The position numbers and the translations under genes are program-made. A stretch of 60,607 nucleotides of DNA, the filler included, from Sphacelaria rigidula (lineage: Eukaryota): assembly GCA_964200075.2 (NCBI GenBank). It is 5 parts of 5 records of this genome, joined end to end, with 100 filler letters (N's around TTAATTAATTAA, not from the genome) between each part and the next. Parts side by side here need not be neighbours in the genome. Positions count along the whole stretch, not along the records: positions 36,430 to 48,469 come from CAXNAA020004203.1; positions 48,570 to 60,607 come from CAXNAA020004204.1; 3 more parts are not named here. One strand, given 5' to 3'. The notes beneath the pieces were generated by a model, which saw only the letters and a program-made list of their open reading frames with translations, was not told the origin of the DNA and searched no databases. Shown one piece after another: positions 38,269 to 51,500 of the stretch; within the stretch, counting starts at the first letter, position 1, and the number at the start of each line of letters is the position of its first letter.

Positions 38269-38916
38269 GAAGGGCAAGTCGAGTAGAGTATCCTCAATGT
38301 TCGGCATTTTTGAAACGTCATACTACTTGTGCCCAAAATTCAAGTAGAATATTTGAGGTCGTACTCAATCTACCCAAAATTTGACCAGAGTATATGAGGT
38401 CATACTCGATCTACTCAGCATTTGAGTGGAGCATGGAGGTCGTACCCAGGTGATACTCTGTACTCAAGTATCACTGAGAGTACTCACCCAATATTTGAGC
38501 AGAGTATTTGAGGTCGTACTCGATCTAACCAAAATTTGAGCAGATACTTTGAGGTCATGCTCGATTTACTCAATATTTGAGTATGGCGTTGAGGCCATAC
38601 CCAAGTGATACTTTATACACCAGTATTACCGGGAGTACTTACCCAATATTTGAGTAGAGTATTTCAGGTCGTACTCAATATACCCAAAAGTTGAGTGGAG
38701 TAGTTGAGGTCATGCTCGATCTACTCAACATTTGAGTATGACGTTGAGGTCATACCCAAGTGATACTCTACACTCAAGTATTACTGAGAGTACTTACCCA
38801 ATATTTGAGCAGAGTATTTGAGGTCGTACTTAATCTACCCATAATTTGAGTAGAGTAAAAAATCGGGTATTTTACCCGAGTGGGCAAAAGTACATACTCT
38901 ACTCGACCTGCCCCTG
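38269..38916. mobile_element. hAT-like MITE filled with a higher-order tandem repeat
   Basis: TIRs GGGCAAGTCGAGTAGAGTA / TACTCTACTCGACCTGCCCCTG; ~41-bp subunits in a ~155-bp period. Confidence 0.8.
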
Positions 38917-39549
38917 TAAGGTTTTGTCGTTTCATTGCACGACATCCGGAAACAAATTTGACAAACGGTAACCCGCGTCCACAAAGTACAAAATATACCA
39001 TGGCTTGCTGTTCACCTACATGCGTGTTTGTCGGCCCGGACGTCAGTAAGTTTGCCCTCTTCTTCCATCGTGCTGCCAGCCTCGGCTTCCTTGTTCCCTT
39101 CCTCCGCTCCTCACGGAGAGTCTCCGTTGCTGCTGCATGCTACGGGTGAGTAATTTTCGAATCGCTCACCGCTTTGAATGAGATTTTGATGTCATTCAAG
39201 CTTCTCAGCTGCTCTTGGGGGGGTTCACGTTTTTTACAACGATCCACATTTTTGAAGCGGGCACAAGCGAACTACCGCACTTTGTCTCGTCTCCCGCGGC
39301 GCTTCCGCGAGGCCCCGTCACCAGCCGGTGGAGGCCATTGGGGCTCCCGGCTTCGCTGATCGCCGTCGATGTTTGAAAAACATCGGTGTCCAGGTCACAG
39401 CCCTAGCAAAAACATATTATGGTTTGTCACCGACTGTGCTGTACTGTCTTTACCGCCGCGAATGAAGAAATGATGCACAAAAGTGTGGCGACTGCAGCCA
39501 GAACAACACAATTATGTATCACCGTAGACGGTACATGTCGCGGACAATA

Positions 39550-39830
39550 CCCTCGAGCTGCTGTACAGGCTGGGTCATGCGTATCACCCAAAATTGTGTC
39601 GTCAGCAAATGCCTTCCGCAATACCTACCCCGCAGTCGCAAACATGGTATCATGCGGGCCGTCATGAACAGGCGAAGGGGCTGACATAACCGGGTTCTTC
39701 TTGTATAAGGCCATCGCGGTGACGCAAAGGGCGTAAAGGTACCTCGACCAATTAGCGCTCGTCAAATTGTTCTCCAACTGAAGACGCGCTTTCTCAACCC
39801 AATCTTTCACCCAACCTCCATAAACTTGAA
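39550..39830 (-). pseudogene. Decayed ORF family copy (unknown protein)
   Basis: VYGGWVKDWVEKARLQLENNLTSANWSRYLYALCVTAMALYKKNPVMS...TAG*VLRKAFADDTILG; homologous to 1-150. Confidence 0.6.
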
Positions 39831-41256
39831 ATGGCAGTGATGGCCATGAGCTCGGAAATCTACCAAAAATCACAGATTTGGAAGCGGTTACTATGAGATC
39901 GAGCCGTATCCCAAACCGTGATATCCCGGTGATAAGGGGTTCTGGTGTTATCGGATTTTCACTGATGGTACGCGCGAAAGACCGAGAAAGGTTTGCCTCA
40001 TGTTTGTCGCAGAAAACTCAGATCGCCATAAAATTTGGCGGTTCCGCACGTATCGGTATTTCAAATGGAACAGCATTTTCACATTATTTCAGAGTTCGCC
40101 CGCTGTGGACCGGTTTGGGGGGGTCCCAGCATGAAGATCCGCGGGAGGCGATACAGTATGCCTTGAGATCCAAAACCTACAATCATGCGTCCTGGGTAGT
40201 TCAGGGAAGATATGAACACGAAAGTTTAGTCGAGAAACTCGAAAATCTCGTGCAGGTTTTCTCAACATGCGCAAAACTTACGTCTTGATATTGTAGTGAA
40301 GTAGTCGGGAGTTTGCATGTTTTCAGCTCACAACGTCGTAAAAGTTGACGCCGTCTTCGGGACTTGAACCATGAACAACTGCACCCACGAAGTACAGGTC
40401 ATTGTAAAACTTTTGATTGACGAGGTTGCCCACTTTCTTGATTTTTCACCGGTTTTCGGGGGTCCCACGGGGTCCAAGATTCTCGAGACCTTGGGGCCCC
40501 CGGAAACCGTTGAAAAACCGGAGAAGTAAAAAAGAAACTCGTGTAACGGAGCTTTTGTAATGATCCATGGCACATTCGGGCAAACGTTCAGCGTTTAACT
40601 CCTGAAAACGGCGTGAAGTTTTTCAGGAGAATACTACGAGGGTGATAAATGAGAAGATCAAAGATTGGCGGCACGAGGCGTGCGTCTCAGGCCGAAGTAG
40701 AAGGCGACAAGTAAGGACGAACATAAATGGCTGCGAGAACTGTCAGTGACTAAACAGGGGAAAAAAATCACGGATCCAACAGTCCAGGCGGCGGAAATTC
40801 ATTGAGCCACAGCGCTCCCGTACAGAACGCAGCTCCTGAAGCTGCTACACATGACTGTGTCCCTGTTGTCGCTGTCCGTGGGGCGCATCGCCTCCGCCCT
40901 ACGTGGTTCATTGCGCCCGTAACACAACAGTACCGTCTGTTGTGTGCAATGGATGGCTTGCTATATATCTACCGTGCAAGGGGGGGTTTCGGTGCTGTGT
41001 GAGGTATTGTCACATGTAGGTTGTGCTATGGCTGGCAGTCAGTTCAGCCCACTCATTGCACCCTCTTTACCGTACAATAACGCTGCTCTTCAGCAAAGAG
41101 CTATTTTTTCGTGCAGCACAGATGATGTGGCGGTGCTCTATCCCATGTGCTACGATTTTGTGACCCGAGGAAAACACAGGGCCGATTGCCACCACAACCA
41201 AGCACCCCCGCCTTGGTCGCGTAGCGAGCGTTTACCGCCGATGGTGGCGACGGTGG

Positions 41257-42541
41257 TACAATGGGGATCCCTACAGTGCGGGGATGGGGCAGGCCAATAT
41301 ACCCGCACTAAAGCGGGCACCCGCACATATAGATTCGGGCGCGAATAGTGCGGGTTAACGCTCTGTATGGGGTTCACCAAACCCTCAGTGGTGAGGCCTC
41401 CCCGCACAAATCGCGGTACTACTCAGACTTGGCGTCGTACGTGTAGGATTACCAAGAGTGTAGTGAAGGTTGCATGGCAGTGCACATGAGAAGCGAAGGC
41501 TTTGGAGGGAGATATATTCATATGCATGTTCCATGCAAAGGTTTGCGTGCGTGAATGTTGTAGTGAATCACCCGTATCCTACAGCAACGCGAGTAGGATC
41601 TCCCTTTGATCCGTGATCAGTTTCTAGATATGCATACGCTTGAATGCATCAGAAGGGCACGTCTCTGCACAGCACACGTCGTCCCCTCTGTACCCCTCTG
41701 TTTTCCACGCTGAATATTGCGCTCGCACTCCCTAGAAACAGAACGAGAAGTTGAAGAATGAGGGACGCGCCCGCTCGGGCTTCAAGCATTACATTATAAC
41801 AAGAGAAGAGAAATCACCCAAAGGATGATACAGGGCTAGAACAAAGTTAGGAAAGTAGAGAGGAACAGACAACAAAACAAAGGGTACAGCACTTCGCCCA
41901 ACGGTCATGACGCTTCACATCAGGCCTTACAAGTCCATCCCAAGACCAACCCACACTACTCGACGTCTTCTATCTTGTGTTGGATGACTTGCTCAAGTGA
42001 CTCAGTAGACACAGCACTCCTTTTCAGTTCAATACGCTCTGACATTAGCCTGTCGCGATGGTTTTGCTGCATGTGCTTCGATTATCACCATCCTTCCTCT
42101 CTTCAGGAAGTACCTGGCCTCGTCGAAACTGCCACTTGGCGCGTAGTTTCCCACGGGGGCGTAGTGTTTTGAAAGCTCCGAGTACGGCGGTGGCTTCGCG
42201 CAACCACCTCTGTTTCCATTCACGCTGGTTACTGTGAAACCTGCACTAAAGCGGTATTTCAGAGGCCCAAACCCGCACAATAGCGGGCCTGCCCCGGATA
42301 GTGCGGGACCCGCACTTTAGAGGGTTCGGTTCGGAGACGGCGATTTCACCCGCATTATAGTGTGCACCCGCATTAAATAACCCGCACTATAGAGGGACTC
42401 CACTGTCGCTGCAACCCGCATTATAGTGTGCACCCGCATTAAATAACCCGCACTATTGAGGGACTCCACTGTCGCTGCAACCCGCACTATAGAGGGACTC
42501 CATTGTAGCTGCAACCCGCACTATAGAGGGACTGCATTGTA
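41257..42541. mobile_element. Tc1/mariner-like non-autonomous element with CCCGCAC subterminal repeats
   Basis: TA-CAATGGGGATCCCTACAGTGCGGG ... CCCGCACTATAGAGGGACTGCATTG-TA; tandem array at 42350-42541. Confidence 0.65.
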
Positions 42542-44310
42542 GCGGCGAGCCCCCCGCAGGCTGCGGCCACCCCGGAAAGACTTCCGCTTGTTTGATGCAT
42601 GCCTTATTCTCATTCCACAACAGTAACACTCCGTACACGATAAGTCTAATGGAAATCATCATATAATCACGTTCATGGTGCAGTGCCCGAGACAGACTGA
42701 CACCACCCCTCGAATACCAGTAACTTTCCTGTTCACATGCTGCAGTCCGTCATCATCTGAGAGTAAAAAAAACGGCCCCACCTTGTTTCACGTAACGCCA
42801 AAGCCCCAGTCATGCGTCCTTCACATGTCAACCGCAGGCTGCGCACGTTTGCACGTTGTCTATACTCGAACAAGGAAACAAGGCTGTGGTGTCAAGTGTC
42901 GTTTGATCGGCGCAGATATCGCTGTTGGTTTAATGTTGCCCTGATGACCCCTCAAGCTGTACTGACTGCCCCCGTTTATCCCCGCAACATCCTCCGTTCT
43001 CAACCCACGTAATGGGAGCACCCGGCGACATATTGGTATCACGCCATGAACAAACACCCAGTACAGGGCATCGACGGCTACAGGAGACGGATGGGAACGT
43101 ATCTTACTTGAAAACTTTTGAGATGTAGAGTGGAAAGTAATTACCGACTTCCTTGCTTTCACGTACGGTGCTGCAGATGGAACAGTACACGGTACCGTAT
43201 CCACTGCCACAGTATACCGCGTAGCATCGCACAGCAACTGACTAATACAACGTATATGCGCCCCTTCCGCCTCGGCTCGTCCGCACACATGAACTCACAG
43301 CAACAGTAACCAAGTCAAGTGCTGAGTCCACTACAGCACGCGCCTGTACGACGTGGCTACCTCTGACTTGCTAAGCAGATCCGTTTGTTTTGCGAACTCA
43401 CGAAAGTTGCGGAGAGACACAACGGAACTGGTGACTTTCAAGCAACGTGCTGATGATACCGGATCTATTTGTCCCCCCCTTCTTGCCCCCTTAAGGTCTC
43501 GTGGCCAGGCACCAGCATCGTCCCAGATAGGTCGACACTCGCTTTTTATTATGTTGTGGATGTGTCCCTGTCTTCCCTGGTGGGGCGTTTCACCCCCTGA
43601 GTCCCGCTCCACACATTTGGTCATGAAATACTACGAGAGGGAGGCCTACCGCCTACAAACAATCGACGTTCGAGTCACAATATTCCATACCGACGTAAAT
43701 GACAAAGATGTCTGCACCATCTCATCTCCAAATGTTGTTGTCGTTGCTGTTTGTGCTTTAATGCTTGGCGGGTGCCCAGCCATACCGTTCTTCTCTTCCC
43801 GTCGTGCCCCACAGTGACCCCGGGGACCCTAGCTTTTGCACAAGGAAGACGTCCGCGTGATACATGAGCGTACCAGCTGTAGGAGTCATTCAACGTTGAT
43901 AGCATTCTTGGTATATTGATGAATCGTGGGGAGAACTGATTTTTTCTCTATGCCCCCTCTGAACAAGAGTGCAGCGTGGTCTGCAGACACTGTTCCTCTG
44001 AGGGCTCGTGTATGATTACATGACTCACCCGACCTCTCAATCTGCCTCGAATATTCGCTCATGCAGACACTGGGTTATGCTTGCAGGTAGATTCTCCTCT
44101 GCCAAGCTATTCCAACCCACTTTGTATAGCATCTCGCATGTTTGTAGACCCTTTTTTTGTTATTCCTGTGCAGCGACCGTTGCAGTCGGCCTCTTCGGTC
44201 ACCACTCCTCTCGTGTCGTCTACAATTCATTAGGGGTTCAGCCGGAGCTTGAGGGCAATCCCGAAAGGGTTGATATTTGGCGTTTTTGCTCTCTTTCCGT
44301 TGAATCCCAG

Positions 44311-44399
44311 TGGCTGGACTCAAACCTTGGGGCTGACGAAGACGAGCTTGTGGCCAAACTGAAGGAGGTGGAGGCCGTTGCAAACCCAATCATCAGCAG
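44311..44399 (+). CDS. HSP70: Hsp70 C-terminal lid exon (WLDSNLGADEDELVAKLKEVEAVANPIIS)
   Basis: Polypyrimidine-CCCAG| acceptor, AG|GTATGC donor; WLDxN...KxKEVExxxNPII is the Hsp70 lid motif. Confidence 0.85.
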
Positions 44400-45138
44400 G
44401 TATGCTGAGAAACATTGCTTATATTTCGTGTACAGCGTAACAGACCCTTCATGTGGTTCGCACCTTTTCGGTGAGTACGGATCTCGATCCGTCAGAGGGT
44501 CGGTTCGAGGCTATATCCGGTGTGGAACGCGACGGAACGAGGTTCCCTCGAAAGCTCCCCCGGGGCAGATAAGATAGCCAAGGGCATTTTATTTATATAT
44601 TGCAGTTATTGACACATCCAGCCGGGTTGTTTGCCATCACCATTTCGAGTTTTATTCGAGTGGTATCCTGCGGGACACACAAACTACGCTGCGTTGAATA
44701 AAGGGGAAGCGATCCCAGAGCTGTTGCAGCAGTGAACATATGTTGATGCCTTCACAAGCCAGGGAGTTCAAGAGCTCAAGGACAAGCGAAGCGTCTGGAC
44801 AAGGGCCGTCTCACTACAACGTGGGGTCTCTCTTTATGAGCCCAAAATTACCACCAACTGGTCACCGTATTTTGAAGACATTGATGCTCGGAAAATCAAC
44901 CGGAAACCACAGATTTGTTGAAGTCTGACGCACGCTATAATGCTTTCATTCGGGTGTGGCGTTCTTCTTTGGCATGCCTTCACGGTGGCAATAACGGTTT
45001 AATCTAACCATGTTCCTCACCGTGTTTGAGGTGTATGTCAGTGATCTAGGGGTCTAGCTCAAACACTTTTGTACGATCGCTGGACGCGTTGCGATTGGCG
45101 TGATGTTTAACCGATTTGAATGCTGATGTTTATGACAG

Positions 45139-45247
45139 GGCGTATGGACAAGGTGATGGTGGCGAGAGTGCCTCTGCTGATGACATGGGTGAAGGTGACG
45201 GACTGGACGACGACGGGAGTGGTCCTGAAGTTGAAGAAATGAACTGA
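45139..45247 (+). CDS. HSP70: Hsp70 terminal exon (RAYGQGDGG...GSGPEVEEMN*)
   Basis: TGCTGAT branch-like site, GACAG| acceptor, phase 2 matches previous exon; G/D-rich tail and GPxVEExx end. Confidence 0.82.
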
Positions 45248-45934
45248 TCGCAAGGCAGACAGCATGATGGCGTTCTATGCAGTGCGACCTGCCTATTGGG
45301 ATGATGGCCTCGCCTTGGCTGTTGGTTCTGATTGTAGACGCTGGCCTTGGGTGTATTTTCACCCCGTCATATTTCGTGACGACTCACTGCGATGTAACCT
45401 AGCATTTCTGAAGTCGAGGTGGTTGTCGAATGGGTACCTGTTTCATGCCCTCTGTTGTTTTCCGCAGCGTTTTTGGTCCCTTCGTTCGTGGCTCCTGTCG
45501 TTGACGCGGAGTTGGGTCTACGGACCATCCTGGACTCGGAACAAGGTCACGGGACTGTTACAAGGGCTTCCTTCCTTACACTGAGGCTTGACGACTTCAA
45601 GACAGATTATGTTCACACATACAGCCCTCGTTATCGGAAGACCTTGCACCTCCGTGCGCACATATCATATGTCAAGCAGTCATGGTCATACTCCAGAGAA
45701 TAAACCATGACCTTATCTAGTGCAAACTTTTCCAATCCCAATTTGACAAAGTGAAGTTGGTTTCTGCTGCGGGTAAAAAATCGACTAAAAGGTTTTTTGC
45801 GACTTCTTTTTTGCGTCGTGATTATTGCGTCCTGATCCTTGCGATCAAATTCTTGCGATCGGATCCTTGTGATGTTTTTTTGCTAGATTTTCTCCAGTCT
45901 AAAGCCCTTATCGATTTCGTTTTTCTGGGGATAA

Positions 45935-45965
45935 CTAACCCTAACCCCAACCCTAACCCCAACGC
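45935..45965. repeat. Interstitial telomere-like (CCCTAA/CCCCAA)n
   Basis: CTAACCCTAACCCCAACCCTAACCCCAAC. Confidence 0.6.
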
Positions 45966-46699
45966 CAACGAACACATACCGAGATCCCTCGGGCACGGGG
46001 GGTGCGGCGTGTTCCGTAAGCGAAGTGTGCGTTGCCAGACCTCAAATCGGCGCCGCAGGCGCCGATTTTGACAAGAACGCGTTCTGCGCACGCTAGGCGC
46101 ACAGCCCCCTTTAGCCCTTAGACAGCGGTGCGGGTAGTCCATCTGGATTGCTCATACTTTTTTCAAGGGAATATTGATGCCGAGTCAGCAGGTGACCTAC
46201 CGTCGGGGTCGAAATGCTGCAGACAAGACTTGACCCTTTTGGGACTGGGCCTCCGAAACAACCAACGAGGCAGATTAGGAATGGTGTGTCCTGCATATGG
46301 ATGAAACAGAGGCTTCATGTTGCTCAAAATCAACGCGTGTATGTAGCGGCAGGGTTAGATGAAGACCGAAAGTTTCATCCAATCTATTTTCAGGTACGAA
46401 GTACCTGTTCCAATTTTCAAATTGGTTGTCTCAGGCTATTTCAGATTCGGCATTAGATTTCTGTGACAGAAGACACGCTTGTTTTTTTCGGAATACTTGA
46501 AAAAAACGAGCGGAACTTTGAATAAAAAAGCTGATCTTGTCGAAAAACTGCTCAAACCATGACCCCATTATCTGGAGTACAGGATAGTACACTCGAGACA
46601 AGACAACTTTGCAGTGGTGTATGGCGTACAGAGTACTACGCTCAACACAAGACAACACAGCAGTTCTGCAGCATCACAAGAAATCACGCGCCGTTCTAC

Positions 46700-47447
46700 T
46701 CGCGTCCCGCACGAGAAGGAGAAGAAGCAATAGCAGCAGTATCAGCAGCACCTTTACTGCCAGTAGCGGTACGCGGCTGGGGGTGGGTCTTAATCAGCTG
46801 GTGCCGATTCGTGTGTGTGTCAGCGCTGTCCAGCACGGTGGCTATCACTTGCAAGGTGCCTGGGTGTTGTCGCAGGGTCGAAACGCGGACCTTCTACGAT
46901 CGAGAGCAGCAGCAGCAGCAGCATCGCCACCGTTTGATTCAGACCCACCCCCAGCCACGTACATTTACTGGCGATAAATATGCTGCGCTGATACTGCTGC
47001 TGCTGCTGCTGCTGCTGCTTCCTCTCGTGCGGACGGTCCACCGCACGTGACAACCCCTGCATACAAACAAGATCTAGAGGACCTATTATAGTTTGATATT
47101 TTGCTGGCGACGCGTCAGCGGCCCGAAAATTCCCCCCTTTTGGTACATTCGGGTTACTTGCGAGTCAGCATCACGCTCAAACGCGAAAACCAAACTCGGC
47201 GACGTAGCTCGGGGGTATGGGAAGCGCGCGCAAGAAACCGCAGTCCGATCTCCTGCTTCGGTGTCGAGTTGTAAGCGTTGCGCGATTGGCACTTTTGGAT
47301 TGAGGATCAGTTGCATCCTTCGAGGTCGAAGATGGCAAATGAAAGAGATCGGTGCGCATGGCGAGTATCCTTTGAAGTGTCGAACTGCAGAGAATTCGCA
47401 AGGTGCGTGGGTGTTGTCGCACTGTCGAAATGCCGACCGTCTACGAT

Positions 47448-47479
<32 letters not shown>

Positions 47480-47900
47480 TCGCCGCCGGTTGATTCAGAC
47501 CCACCCCCAGCCAATTACATTTACTGGCAGTTAATATGCTGCTGATACCGCTGCTGCTGCTGCTGCTTCTGGTGCGGACGGTCCAACGCACTTGACAGCC
47601 CCCCGCATACACACAAAAAGATCTAGAAGACCTTGCTTGATATTTTGCTGGCGTCGCGTCAGCGCCCCGAAAAATCTCCCCCCAGAGCAGAAAACACTCT
47701 TTCAGTACATCTGGATTATTTGCGAGTCAGCATCACGCTTGAACGCAAAAACCAAACTAGGCGACGTAGCTTGGATGTGTGGGAAGCGCGCGCAAGAAAC
47801 CGCAATCCAATCCCCCGCTTCGGTGTCGAGTTGCAAGCGTTGCGGGATTGGCACTTTTGGTCTAGGATCAGTAGCGTCTGTTGCGGTCGAAGATGACAAC
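46700..47900. repeat. CAG/CTG-rich element: ~545-bp tandem duplication plus inverted arm
   Basis: 46850-47340 matches 47397-47900; 46708-46800 is inverted relative to 46935-47031. Confidence 0.85.
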
Positions 47901-48469
47901 TTCATGACGGCGGTCGTCAGCAGATGTAACGCACATACTCGTGCTAAAATCTTTCTTGACGCCTTGGCTTCTGCACTGGAGCCCCGACATGAAGCACTCG
48001 CCAGCTTTGTCTTTCTTCTGTCAACTCTCCCTCTGTAGTTCGACACTTCAAAGGATACTCAACTTTGTTTTCGTGAGATTGAGAATTTACGATACGATTG
48101 AGAGTAGGCTCTTATGGCTTTCAGCGGCGCAGAGTGTCTGCATCATTAATGGAAAAAACGCTTACCTCGCACATTGGTGCAAAATCCTGCCGGCAAACCT
48201 AACAGTATTTCCGTGAAATCGAGCGTTGAAAGTACGATCGAGAGTGAGGTTTTATTCATAACATGTCCGCTGCGCCGGTTCCGATGATGAGACGAAAAAT
48301 TTACATGTGCAGCATGTTGGAGCATTCCTGCCACCCGTTGCCTGAATGGAATGGCAGAATAATGTTGGACAATGTTGCGCGCTGGCCCACAGGCGCGTAT
48401 TTGTGGAAGAATGCACCGTTCAAGAGGTCTCCAAAGTAGTGAGTCGTGCGGTTCGAGTAAAAGATACGA

Positions 48470-48569
48470 NNNNNNNNNNNNNNNNNNNNNNNNNNNNNNN
48501 NNNNNNNNNNNNNTTAATTAATTAANNNNNNNNNNNNNNNNNNNNNNNNNNNNNNNNNNNNNNNNNNNN
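48470..48569. other. Artificial contig-joining linker
   Basis: N44-TTAATTAATTAA-N44. Confidence 0.97.
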
Positions 48570-51500
48570 CCTCCACCATAATGCGGCCGCAGACATTCTG
48601 CAGGGGCGGCAGAGACCCGCACGCACCGTAATTGGTGATGAACCGTCAACCCGTGATACGGCAGCCTCACTGGCTTGGAATCTTGCAAACAATGACCTGT
48701 TCAGCATCTTATTTTTCACCACCGAGAAATCAGCGAACAAAACCGTGAGACGTTTCATGGGGAAAAGCCAGGAGGATGGGGTTGGTGATGGCCAAGCAGC
48801 GTGGGTAGTGCTGCAAGAAAAATATGACGGCAACACGAAAGAGGCACGCAGGGAATTCCATGATAAACTCCACAATACGACGATGCAGTCAGGGGACGAT
48901 CCGGAAGATTTTTTGTTTGTCATGGATGGCTACCGTGACCGTCTGGAGGAAATGGGGCAGTCCGTACCTGACGAACGGTATGAGGACATTATCCTTCGAG
49001 TCCTACCTGCCGAGTACGATAGGATCCGCATCGCTAGCTTTGAGAGGCGCGATTTCAATTTGTCGGACCTCAGATAAATGGTCAGCACCATGTATGCTGA
49101 CTACCTTTCACGACCGGACGCCACCAACTCGCTCGCAGGCCGCGGGGTTTGCTATGCAGGCTAGTGGACGGAATGATGGCAGTAAAAGAAATAAAGTAAC
49201 ATGCCACCCCTGCGGAAAGCAAGGTCATATTAGGAGAAATTGCCCCGCCCGTGCGACCCGAGCACTGACAGGGGGAAACGGTCAGGACGGGGGAAACCGT
49301 GGGAATGTAGGCAAGTGGTGCTCTTTCCACAACTCAACAACTCGCAGCGAAGAAGAGTGCCGTTCCTTACAACAGCGCAACCAGCAGACCGTCAATTTCG
49401 CACAATGGTCAGGGTGTCCCCCAGCCACCGGTACAGGGGAGCATCCTCCCGCCATCTCCTTCAATGCCCTGGAGGCGCCCAAAGCGAACCATCCGCAAGC
49501 GGACAAACCTTGGCCTTTCGCTCCAACCAACAAACCCGTTGCTTCTTTTGACAGCAGCGGCCTCTTCGGCGCCTTCGAAGGGGCCGACGGAGAGGACGCC
49601 GGGGGTCCGGGATTCTGGCGCAGAGCTCGCAACCTACTGCGAGGGATCAGGGAGAAACTTTCCCCACCAGTGCGCGCGCTGACCGTAATAGCCGTAGTCC
49701 ACTACGTCTGGTTGATGTTCGGGAACTCATTATATCCCCGGGCCACGTCGAACCTCGACGACACCATTTGGCGGGATCACCGATGCTGATGATGGGACGG
49801 CTCTCGCGGTAGGACCTGCCCTTGACAAGTGGACTGAGAGTAGCAATAGCCACGTCAGTGTCATGGTAGACAGTGGTGCGTCGGGACGTTACTTCGATGA
49901 TACCCTCATCCCGGGGCTACGGCAATAAACTCCACAACTACCAAGAACTGGCAACCCCGCGTACGATCACCACCACCGGGGGGCATCACCTGGCAGGGGT
50001 TGGTAAAGGACTGCTCCGCGGCCACATCCAAGATGGCGAAGGGGTCAAACGCCTGGTTCGGATTTCGTGTTTGGTCGTGCCTGGCTTGGGGCGGAACTTG
50101 TTCTCCGTCAAACAAGCGACACGAAATTGTGTTGTGTCTATTTTTGACATGAACAACCCAAGACTGGAGATAAACAACTTCACCGTTCCGCTCCAGGAAC
50201 TGGAGAGCGACCTGTATTCCTTCTCTCTGGAACTAAGCAGCGGCAGCAACGCATCTGTACTGGCTTTGCAAGTTGCAGACGCCGCCACGCTGTGGCATCG
50301 GAGGATGGGACACTTAAACAGTAATAGTTTGAATCTTCTCAAAATCGTCGGAAGAAACGGGGTGGATTTCGGTGGAGTCGTTCCGGACTGCGATATTTGT
50401 GCCGTTGGGAAAAGTCATCAACTGGCCCACCCGAAGACAGCCAACACCAAAGTGCAACACGCTTTTCAACTGGTCATGACAGATTTGATGGGACCGATCA
50501 TGCCGGAAGCGCTGGGAGGCTTCAAGTTCGTCTGCAAGATCTCCGATGAGTATACCAGATCGACAGAGATTTACCTTAAAAAATCCAAGGACGGTACTCT
50601 TCATGCATTTCAGTCCTACGTACAGTCAACGGTCATTCTTGGGCGGTGTTCAGGTCGAACGACTAAGAGCAGATAAAGGCGGTGAGTTCATCGGCAACGA
50701 GTTCAAGTCGTACTGCCGACAGACGGGCATATTGCTAGAGTTTGCGAGCACCAATACACCACAAGAAATCGGCCTGTCAGAGCGCGCGGGAAGGACGCTT
50801 GCAGCCATGGTCCGGTGCATGCTTGCTGACAGTGGTTTGCCGACTTTTCTCTGGGGGGAATTGATGTTCCCAGCGGCCTATCTTGCAAACCGATCACCGC
50901 ATTCGGCGCTTGACATGCAGTCGCCTCATTCGATGCTGAGGGGGACAGAACCGGATCTCAAACACCTTCGAGTCGTCGGAGCCAGGGCTTTCGTACATAT
51001 TGAGCGGCATACTCCGAAACTTGCTCTCAAAGCAGTTAAAGGACGACTAGTTGGGTACAGCAATGACAGTAAGAGCTACCGAGTCTACAACCCGACCACG
51101 CGACGTATCACTGAGAGCAGGAACGTCGTCTTCATCGAGACTCCGACACACCTTACCCCCACGGGAGAGCCACAACTTCGGAGACACCCATTTTCACTTG
51201 GTGACCAGGAATGTAACAACAGAGAGGGCCACAATTACGTCACCGACGACGACTTCTTCCGTGATCTTCGCGACCACACCTCCGTACTAGCTCAACCGGA
51301 TCACACCTCCGTTGATCATATCACTGCCAGCAGGATCTCTAACGATCCACAGGTGACCGAGCTTCTGGAAAGAATCAGCGCAATCACCAAGCGGGACATG
51401 CTGCACGACGACGACACACCTCGTGAAGAGACGTCGCCAACAGCATCACCGGAGAGCCGTGCGCCGCTAGAACAACCTGCACCCCCTTCTCGGGACGAAG

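Noticed and set aside
38330..38860. CRISPR-like array
   Set aside because: Units are contiguous degenerate repeats with no unique spacers, lie within TIRs, and there are no cas genes in this eukaryotic context
46559..47612. ORFs with poly-Q/poly-L/poly-A runs
   Set aside because: Artefacts of CAG/CTG microsatellites inside a duplicated repeat
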